From Deltaproteobacteria bacterium (lineage in GTDB: Bacteria > Desulfobacterota > Desulfobacteria > Desulfobacterales > B30-G6), in NCBI GenBank assembly GCA_022340465.1, contig JAJDNW010000071.1, positions 18,606-82,605 on the forward strand: a stretch of DNA of 64,000 bases, written 5' to 3'. The notes beneath the pieces were generated by a model. The model was given only the letters and a program-made list of their open reading frames with translations. It was not told where the DNA came from and did no database searches. Position 1 is the stretch's first letter. Each line of letters begins with the position of its first letter. A program made the position numbers and the translations under genes. Shown piece by piece: positions 22,421 through 29,576 of this stretch.

Positions 22421-23959
22421 TTAGAGCGACTGGGCCGCTGTTACCGGATTTTCCTTGAGGTATTCCAGGCGGTTCAAACCGTTGATATAGGCCTTGGCAC
22501 TGGCGGTAATGATGTCCGGGTCCGACCCCCTGCCAAGGGCCACGAGTCCGTTTTCCCGCAGGCGTACGGTCACTTCACCCTGGGCGTCCGTTCCCCCGGT
22601 CAACGCGCTGATCGAAAAACGCAGCAGCTCGGAAGAGGTGCCGGTGAGTTTGGCGATGGTGTTGAAGGCGGAGTCCACCGGCCCGTTCCCATATCCGGCG
22701 CCCCTTACCGAACGGCCGTTGATGGAGAGCTGCACACTTGCCATGGGCATCACCGTGGTGCCGCTGGTAACGTTCATGTACTCCAGGGTGAAGATTTCAC
22801 GAGTGCGAAGAATTTCTTCGGTCACCAGGGCTTCCAGGTCTTCATCCATGACGTGCTTTTTCTTGTCGGCCAGGTCTTTGAATCTTCTGAAGACCTTGTT
22901 CAACTCCTCATCGGAAAGATCGTAGCCGATTTCCTTCAGGTGGGCGTACAGCGCATGGCGTCCGGAGTGTTTGCCCAGCACCAGGCTGTTGCTGCTGAGA
23001 CCGATGGCTTCCGGCACCATGATTTCGTAGGTCATTGGGTTTTTAAGCATGCCGTCCTGGTGAATGCCCGCTTCATGGGAGAAGGCATTGGCTCCCACGA
23101 CGGCTTTGTTGGGTTGCACCATGATGCCGGTAATCATGCTCACTAGGCGGCTGGTGGGATAGATCAGCCTGGTATTGATACGGGTGTCCAGGGTAAACCA
23201 GTTGGGCCGGGTCCGCGTGGCCATCACGACCTCCTCGAGTGAGGTGTTCCCGGCCCTTTCGCCGATGCCGTTGATGGTCACTTCGGCCTGACGGGCGCCG
23301 GCATCGATGGCGGCCAGGGTGTTGGCGGTTGCCAGGCCCAGGTCGTTGTGGCAGTGAACGCTGAGGGTGGCCCGGTCTATGTTGGGCGTGTGTTGTTTCA
23401 CATATTTCACCAATTCGGCGAACTCGTGTGGGATGGCGTACCCAACGGTGTCCGGCAGGTTTACGACGGTGGCCCCGGCGTCTATGGCCGCTTCGAACAC
23501 GCGGCATACGAAGTCGCGGTCGCTGCGGGACCCGTCCTCGGCTGAAAATTCAACTTCATCGGTCAGTGTTTTGGCGAAGGACACGGCGTTGACGGCTTCT
23601 TGCAACACTTCGTCACGGCTCATCTTGAGCTTGTACTCCATATGGATGTCCGAGGTGGCGATGAAGGTGTGGATTTTGGGTCGGACCGCATGTTTGATGG
23701 CGTTCCAGGCCCGTTCGATGTCGCTGACCGAGGTCCGCGACAAGGCGGCGATTTCCGTTTTTTTCAGTTTCCCGGCGATTCTCGAGACAGCCTCGAAATC
23801 GCCTTCCGAAGCGGCGGGGAAGCCGGCTTCGATGGTGTCGACACCCAGCTTCTCAAGCTGGGTGGCCAGGCGCAATTTCTCGGCGGTGTTCATGCTGGCT
23901 CCCGGCGACTGCTCGCCGTCTCTCAATGTCGTGTCAAAGATTCTTATATATTGGGTCAT
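22421..23959 (-). CDS. leuA: 2-isopropylmalate synthase
   Basis: Begins MTQYIRIFDTTLRDGEQSPGASM, with HCHNDLGLATANTLAAI and a C-terminal LeuA dimerisation-type region. ATG at 23959 has SD CAGGAG; the track start at 24064 is upstream in the spacer. Confidence 0.9.
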   Translation of the reverse strand: MTQYIRIFDTTLRDGEQSPGASMNTAEKLRLATQLEKLGVDTIEAGFPAASEGDFEAVSRIAGKLKKTEIAALSRTSVSDIERAWNAIKHAVRPKIHTFIATSDIHMEYKLKMSRDEVLQEAVNAVSFAKTLTDEVEFSAEDGSRSDRDFVCRVFEAAIDAGATVVNLPDTVGYAIPHEFAELVKYVKQHTPNIDRATLSVHCHNDLGLATANTLAAIDAGARQAEVTINGIGERAGNTSLEEVVMATRTRPNWFTLDTRINTRLIYPTSRLVSMITGIMVQPNKAVVGANAFSHEAGIHQDGMLKNPMTYEIMVPEAIGLSSNSLVLGKHSGRHALYAHLKEIGYDLSDEELNKVFRRFKDLADKKKHVMDEDLEALVTEEILRTREIFTLEYMNVTSGTTVMPMASVQLSINGRSVRGAGYGNGPVDSAFNTIAKLTGTSSELLRFSISALTGGTDAQGEVTVRLRENGLVALGRGSDPDIITASAKAYINGLNRLEYLKENPVTAAQSL

Positions 23960-24116
23960 TGTGTTGGCTCCTGTAGGTGTTGAGATCTCATGGAAAAGGT
24001 TCATAGCCGTGCGTTTCAAATGTATTGAACGGCGAGCATCCACCGCAGGGCTGAAGGACAGCAACCTGCGGCGTAGTTCCCTCCATAGGCGCGACGATTG
24101 TCAATGCATGTGAACG

Positions 24117-25730
24117 TCATGGCTTTTTCTCCTGTTCGATCGCGTGTGACAGCTTGTACTGGAAGCTGTCCGCCAGGGCCTGCCAGCTTGCTTCGATGAT
24201 ATCTTCGGAAACACCGATCGTGCTCCAGAGGTCTTCCCGGTCGCGGGATTCGATGAGAACCCTCACTTTGGCGGCCGTACCGACGCGGCCGTCGATGACT
24301 CGCACCTTGAAGTCCACCAGACGCATGGTATCCAGGTCTGGATAGAATCGGTCCAATGCTTTTCTGAGCGCGTTGTCGAGGGCGCTCACCGGTCCAAAGC
24401 CTTCGGCGGCGGTGATTTCGTTGCGGCCGTCAACAGAGATTTTAATGGTGGCGTGGGCCGTGCAGGGTTGATCCTTGTCTTTTTCAATGGTCACCCGGAA
24501 CGATTCCAAATCGAACAGAGGTTTGAACTGACGCGTCAGCTTCTGGGTCAGAATTTTAAAAGATCCGTCGGCTACGTCGAATTGATAGCCCTCCTGTTCC
24601 AGGTCCTTGACCTTGCTCACAATTTGACGGCTGTCGAATCCGTTGCCCCCCAATTTCATGCCGAGTTCCATAGCCTTGTACTCGATGTTGCTTTTGCCGG
24701 ACATGTCCGAGACCAGCACCCGGCGGCTGTTGCCGACGATTTCCGGATCCATGTGCTCGTACGCATCGGGATTTTTCATGATGGCGTTGACATGAATGCC
24801 GCCTTTATGGGCAAAGGCGCTCTTTCCTACGAAAGGGCGTGAATTCAACGGGACAATGTTGGCTGTTTCGCTTACGGCCCGGGAAACGGTAATCAGTTTC
24901 TTGAGGTTTTCAGGCGGCAAACAGGGGAGGTCCATTTTGGAACAGATAACCGGGATGACGGCTGTCAGGTCGGCGTTGCCGCAGCGCTCCCCATATCCAT
25001 TGATGGTCCCATGAACCATGGAGGCGCCGCAGCGTACGGCCGCCACGGTGTTGGCCAGTGCCATGCCGCAGTCGTTGTGGGTGTGGATGCCGAACCTGAT
25101 ACGTGGTTTTTTCCGAGCCCCCTTGTACATTTCGTCGAGCCGCAGTTTCACGTCCGCGAAAATGGCATCAATTTCAAAGGGGAGGGTGCCGCCGTTGGTA
25201 TCACACAGGACCACGAATGCTGCACCGCCTTCGAGGGCCGCCGCTAGGGTCTCGACGGCGTATGCCGCGTTCGCCTTGTACCCGTCGAAAAAGTGCTCGG
25301 CATCATAAATGACCTCTCTGCCGGCGCTTTTGAGATAGGCGATCGAATCCTGAATCATACACAGATTTTCGGCCGGGGTGTTGTTCATGATCTGCTCGAT
25401 GTGCAGGTCCCAGGTTTTGCCGAAAATAGTCACCGCAGCTGTTTCGCTGTCCAGCAGAGCTTTGAGATTGGCATCCTCCTCGGGCTTCAGGCCCTGTTTG
25501 CGGGTGGCGCCGAACGCGGCCAGACGGGCATGTTGGAATTTCTCTTTTTTTGCCAGCTCAAAAAATTGGGCGTCCCTGGGATTGGAACCGGGCCAGCCGC
25601 CTTCGATGTAGTGGACGCCGAGATCGTCGAGCCGGCGGGCGATTTTGAGCTTTTCCTCGGCCGAAAAATTGATGTTCTCTCCCTGGGTGCCGTCCCTGAG
25701 CGTCGTGTCATATACCAGGATTGGGTCCAT
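24117..25730 (-). CDS. cimA: (R)-citramalate synthase-type LeuA paralogue
   Basis: MDPILVYDTTLRDGTQGENINFSAEEKLKIARRLDDLGVHYIEGGWPGSNPRD... together with HTHNDCGMALANT matches the CimA/LeuA-related clade pattern as I recall it. It sits between ilvC and leuA. Confidence 0.7.
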   Translation of the reverse strand: MDPILVYDTTLRDGTQGENINFSAEEKLKIARRLDDLGVHYIEGGWPGSNPRDAQFFELAKKEKFQHARLAAFGATRKQGLKPEEDANLKALLDSETAAVTIFGKTWDLHIEQIMNNTPAENLCMIQDSIAYLKSAGREVIYDAEHFFDGYKANAAYAVETLAAALEGGAAFVVLCDTNGGTLPFEIDAIFADVKLRLDEMYKGARKKPRIRFGIHTHNDCGMALANTVAAVRCGASMVHGTINGYGERCGNADLTAVIPVICSKMDLPCLPPENLKKLITVSRAVSETANIVPLNSRPFVGKSAFAHKGGIHVNAIMKNPDAYEHMDPEIVGNSRRVLVSDMSGKSNIEYKAMELGMKLGGNGFDSRQIVSKVKDLEQEGYQFDVADGSFKILTQKLTRQFKPLFDLESFRVTIEKDKDQPCTAHATIKISVDGRNEITAAEGFGPVSALDNALRKALDRFYPDLDTMRLVDFKVRVIDGRVGTAAKVRVLIESRDREDLWSTIGVSEDIIEASWQALADSFQYKLSHAIEQEKKP

Positions 25731-25759
25731 GATGCCTTTCCTTTGCTAACGGTTCTCCC

Positions 25760-26809
25760 TTATTTGCGGTTTTCCGGGCGCAAGGCCCTTACTGCCGCGC
25801 CTGTTTTCCACATTTCCGAATTTTTAATGGTCTCCAGTTCCATCTGGAGCTTTTCCCTGTAGTCGGGCTGGCTGTTTTTTTCCAGTGTCCGGCGGGTCTC
25901 CTGACCGGACACCACGCTTTTATAAAGCTCGTCGAACACGGGTAAAACGGCGTCGCGGAATCTGGGGGACCAGTCCAGCGCGCCACGCTGGGCGGTGGTG
26001 CTGCAGTTGGCCATCATCCAGTCCATGCCATTCTCCGCCACCAGGCGGATGAGACTCTGGGTCAATTCCTCCACGGTTTCGTTGAAGGCTTCACTGGGGC
26101 TGTGGCCGTTTTTTCGCAGCGTGGCGTACTGGGCTTCCATCACGCCGGCCAGGCATCCGATGAGCACGCCGCGTTCTCCGGTGAGATCGCTGTAGACCTC
26201 TTTCTCAAAAGAGGTGGGAAACAGATAGCCCGATCCAATGGCGATACCTGCGGCCAGGGCCCTCTCCCTTGCCCGCCCCGTATAGTCCTGGTGAACGGCA
26301 AAGCTGGAGTTGATGCCGCTGCCGTCCAGGAAGTTCATGCGCACGCTTCTTCCGGACCCCTTCGGCGCCACGAGGATGACATCGATATTTTCAGGCGGGA
26401 TGATGTTGGTCTGGTCCGTGTAAACGATGCCGAACCCGTGTGAGAAATAGAGGGCGTCGCCGGCATTCAGGCCGGCCTTGACGGCCGGCCAGGTCTCCAC
26501 CTGACCGGCGTCGGACAACAGAAACTGAACAAGCGTGCCTCTTCCGGCGGCTTCCTCGATGGGAAACAGCGTCTTGCCCGGTACGAACCCGTCCTCCACG
26601 GCGCGTTCCCAGGAACGCCCGCCTTCCCGCTGGCCAACGATCACCTGCAGGCCGTTGTCGCGCATGTTGAGGGCCTGCCCCGGGCCTTGAACGCCATAGC
26701 CCAGAATGGCTATGGTTTCGTCCTGCAGCACTTCGCGTGCTTTTTCCAGGGTAAACTCCTGTGAGGTGATGACCTCCTCCTTTGTTCCTCCAAAATCGAT
26801 AAGTGCCAT
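25760..26809 (-). CDS. ilvC: Ketol-acid reductoisomerase
   Basis: Contains IAILGYGVQGPGQALNMRDNG (NADPH fold) and SHGFGIVY, with operon position after ilvBN. ATG at 26809 gives MALIDFGG... Confidence 0.85.
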   Translation of the reverse strand: MALIDFGGTKEEVITSQEFTLEKAREVLQDETIAILGYGVQGPGQALNMRDNGLQVIVGQREGGRSWERAVEDGFVPGKTLFPIEEAAGRGTLVQFLLSDAGQVETWPAVKAGLNAGDALYFSHGFGIVYTDQTNIIPPENIDVILVAPKGSGRSVRMNFLDGSGINSSFAVHQDYTGRARERALAAGIAIGSGYLFPTSFEKEVYSDLTGERGVLIGCLAGVMEAQYATLRKNGHSPSEAFNETVEELTQSLIRLVAENGMDWMMANCSTTAQRGALDWSPRFRDAVLPVFDELYKSVVSGQETRRTLEKNSQPDYREKLQMELETIKNSEMWKTGAAVRALRPENRK

Positions 26810-26906
26810 GAAATACTCCTTTAAAAGTTTGGTTGCATTCAGCTCAACGTAAAAAGGCAATTGCTTCCACGGGATATGCCCGATGGTGCGTAAGGGCGTT
26901 GATTTT

Positions 26907-27395
26907 TTAGTTCGGTTCCCGGAACAGTGCCACTGACCCCGTGCGCGCGATCTTCTTGATGCCCATGGGTTTCAAGAGGTTGATCAGGGCACTGAGCTTG
27001 TCGCTGCTGCCGGACACTTCGATAATGTAGTGTTCCAGGCCGATGTCCACTACCTTGCAGCGGAAGATGTCTACAATCCTCAGTATTTCCGCCCGATTTT
27101 CCGGTTTGGTCCGGACGCATATCAGGGCCATCTCCCGGTGAACCGCTTCCTTGCCGGAGAGATCGCGCAGCTTGATCACGTTGATCAGCTTTCTCAGCTG
27201 TTTTTCTATCTGCTCGATGGCCGGCAGATTGGCTTTGGTCACCAGGGTTATACGCGACACCAGGGGATCGATGGTGGGCGCCACGCAAAGGCTTTCGATG
27301 TTGTATCCCCTTCCGCTGAAAAGGCCCACGACCCTCGAAAGGACCCCGGGCTGGTTGTCGACGAGCATGGTCAGTATGTGCTTTTCCTCATTCAT
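26907..27395 (-). CDS. ilvN: Acetolactate synthase small (regulatory, ACT-domain) subunit
   Basis: MNEEKHILTMLVDNQPGVLSRVVGLFSGRGYNIESLCVAPT... is a canonical IlvH/IlvN N-terminus. ATG at 27395. Confidence 0.9.
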   Translation of the reverse strand: MNEEKHILTMLVDNQPGVLSRVVGLFSGRGYNIESLCVAPTIDPLVSRITLVTKANLPAIEQIEKQLRKLINVIKLRDLSGKEAVHREMALICVRTKPENRAEILRIVDIFRCKVVDIGLEHYIIEVSGSSDKLSALINLLKPMGIKKIARTGSVALFREPN

Positions 27396-27479
27396 TATTC
27401 GAACCTCATGCCCTTCCGGCTTGATGAATTTTCTTAGCAGCAATGAGGCGTCATTGCTGCCATGCATTGTTTGAAAATA

Positions 27480-27545
27480 GCGGCGAAGCCGCGTTCGGTA
27501 ATGGGCCAAGGGCGGATCGTCCGAACGATCCGCCCTTGGTCCATT
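27480..27545 (+). repeat. Composite hairpin element: GCGGCGAAGCCGC + GTAAT + 21-bp stem (copy B)
   Basis: GCGGCGAAGCCGC lies at 27480-27492. AATGGGCCAAGGGCGGATCGT (27500-27520) pairs with 27525-27545 with one mismatch and a 4-nt loop. It overlaps the ilvB stop codon. It has the same leading module as 10482-10558, but the stem sequence is unrelated. Confidence 0.7.
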
Positions 27546-29229
27546 ATACGAGCAGCATTTCGGAAATGGGCGCGCCGGCCGGGACCATGGGGTAGACGCA
27601 CTCCTCGGATTCCACCCTGAAGTCCATGATGACCGGGCCTTCGGCTGCAAGACCTCGGGCGAGGACCGCTTCCACCTCTGCCGGTTTTTCGGCTCTCAGA
27701 CCGATGGCGCCGTAAGCTTCGGCCAGCTTCACGAAATCGGGCGCGCAGTCCATACAGGTGGCGGCATACCGCCGGCCGTAAAAAAGCTCCTGCCATTGCC
27801 GCACCATTCCGAGATAACCGTTGTTTAAAACGACGACTTTGACGGGCAGCTTGTACTGGACGGCGGTGGCCATTTCCTGAATGTTCATCTGGATGCTTCC
27901 GTCTCCGGCAATGTCGACCACGGTTCTTTCCGGATGCGCTATCTGCGCGCCGATGGCCGCAGGGAGCCCGAACCCCATACAGCCCAGGCCGCCTGACGTA
28001 ATAAAATTGTTGGGGCGGTCGAAGTGATAGTACTGGGCCGCCCACATCTGATTTTGGCCGACTTCCGTTGTGATGATGGCTCGGCCTTCGGTCAGTTCGA
28101 AGAGTGTCTCAACCACGAACTGCGGTTTGATGACATCCTTTTGATCATAGTCCAGGGGATTGCTCTTTTTCCAATCGGCGATCTGGTTTATCCAGTCCGC
28201 TTTTTTTTCCGCCTGGGCACGCGTGTCCAGGTCGGACAAAAGTTCGTTCAGCCGGGACAGCGATTTTTTGCAGTCGCCGACGACGGGGATGTTGACGGCG
28301 ATGTTTTTGCGGATGGACGTGGGGTCGATGTCTATGTGGACAATTTTTGCCTGGGCGGCAAAATCGTCTGTTTTACCGGTGACGCGATCGTCGAAACGTA
28401 CGCCGACGCCGATTAGGAGATCGCAGAAGCTGACGGACATGTTGGCCCGGTAAGTGCCGTGCATGCCAAGCATGCCCAGCCACAAGGGATCGGTGCCCGG
28501 AAAACTGCCCAGCCCCATCAGGGAGCCCGTGACCGGTATGCCGGTGTTGCGGGCCAACGCGGTCAATTCTTCCGAAGCACCGGACAAGATGACGCCTCCG
28601 CCGGTGAAGATAACCGGTTTTTCGGCTTTCCGCACCAGGTCGGCCACCTTTTTCAACTGCTTCATGTTGGGGTGATAGGTCGGGTTGTAGGACCTCATGC
28701 GCACCCCGGGAACGGATTTATAGGTGGTTTTGGCGCTAACGACGTTTTTGGGGATATCCACCAGGACCGGACCGGGTCTGCCGGTTCTTGCCAGGTAAAA
28801 GGCTTCCCGCATGACCCTGGCGAGATCGGCGACATCGTTAACCAGGTAGTTGTGCTTGGTGCACGGTCTGGTGATGCCCACGATGTCCACCTCTTGGAAG
28901 GCATCGTTCCCAATCAGTTGGGTGGGTACCTGCCCGGTGATGACGACCAGGGGGATGGAATCGGCATAGGCCGAGGCAATGCCCGTAACCGTGTTGGTGG
29001 CACCTGGCCCCGAGGTTACCAGGCAGACGCCGACATTGCCGCTTGCCCTGGCGTAGCCGTCGGCTGCATGCACCGCCCCCTGCTCGTGCCTGACGAGGAT
29101 GTGCTGAATGTCCGTTTTAACGAGTTCATCGTACATCTCGATGACCGCCCCCCCGGGAAAACCGAAAATAACCTCCACAGCTTCCTCCACCAGGGTCCGC
29201 ATCAGAATTTGGCCGCCTGTTAATTCCAT
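27544..29229 (-). CDS. ilvB: Acetolactate synthase large (catalytic, ThDP) subunit
   Basis: Begins MELTGGQILMRTLVEEAVEVIFGFPGGAV..., with the ThDP motif GGLGCMGFGLPAAIGA...DGSIQMNIQE. ATG at 29229 has an AAGGAAG SD; ATG at 29256 and TTG at 29259 are alternative starts. Confidence 0.9.
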   Translation of the reverse strand: MELTGGQILMRTLVEEAVEVIFGFPGGAVIEMYDELVKTDIQHILVRHEQGAVHAADGYARASGNVGVCLVTSGPGATNTVTGIASAYADSIPLVVITGQVPTQLIGNDAFQEVDIVGITRPCTKHNYLVNDVADLARVMREAFYLARTGRPGPVLVDIPKNVVSAKTTYKSVPGVRMRSYNPTYHPNMKQLKKVADLVRKAEKPVIFTGGGVILSGASEELTALARNTGIPVTGSLMGLGSFPGTDPLWLGMLGMHGTYRANMSVSFCDLLIGVGVRFDDRVTGKTDDFAAQAKIVHIDIDPTSIRKNIAVNIPVVGDCKKSLSRLNELLSDLDTRAQAEKKADWINQIADWKKSNPLDYDQKDVIKPQFVVETLFELTEGRAIITTEVGQNQMWAAQYYHFDRPNNFITSGGLGCMGFGLPAAIGAQIAHPERTVVDIAGDGSIQMNIQEMATAVQYKLPVKVVVLNNGYLGMVRQWQELFYGRRYAATCMDCAPDFVKLAEAYGAIGLRAEKPAEVEAVLARGLAAEGPVIMDFRVESEECVYPMVPAGAPISEMLLV

Positions 29230-29257
29230 GATTTCTTCCTTATCCTTATTGAGCATC

Positions 29258-29304
29258 AAAAAAAAATCCGTTGCCGGCTTTTCAGGGCTGGCAACGGATT
29301 TTTT
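29258..29304 (-). terminator. Intrinsic terminator (attenuator) between the ilv leader peptide and ilvB
   Basis: On the minus strand, AAAAAATCCGTTGCCAGC ... GCCGGCAACGGA is followed by T9. The stem is 9 bp + 1 mismatch + 2 bp. It lies 28 nt upstream of the ilvB start and 27 nt downstream of the leader stop. Confidence 0.75.
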
Positions 29305-29331
29305 CGTTTTCTCGGTTATTATGTTAAGCCA

Positions 29332-29421
29332 TTAACCACCCTGATCCTCGGCGCGGCCGATAAGGCCGGCGACGAGGCTGATAATGTTGATAAGGATGAT
29401 GTTAATAAGGCTGTTTTGCAT
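29332..29421 (-). CDS. ilv operon leader peptide (29 aa, Ile/Leu/Val-rich)
   Basis: My translation is MQNSLINIILINIISLVAGLIGRAEDQGG*, with 7 Ile, 4 Leu and 1 Val in 29 residues. It sits between a promoter-like site and the terminator. Confidence 0.65.
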   Translation of the reverse strand: MQNSLINIILINIISLVAGLIGRAEDQGG

Positions 29422-29451
29422 AATTTTTTTTTGATTCCTGTATGTCCGGGC

Positions 29452-29481
29452 ACTATTGACAGGTAATGCCCTGCATGTCAA
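29452..29481 (-). promoter_or_regulatory. Candidate sigma70 promoter of the ilv leader
   Basis: On the minus strand, TTGACA (complement of 29476-29481), an 18-nt spacer, then AATAGT (complement of 29452-29457). It lies about 30 nt upstream of the leader ATG. Confidence 0.35.
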
Positions 29482-29576
29482 GTATTTTTTATGCCCCATA
29501 CGGGGAGGTGGGGAAAACCACCCACCTTCAGGCGAAAACGTCCGATCAACCCAGAGCATGGGGTAGGCTCAGAGAC

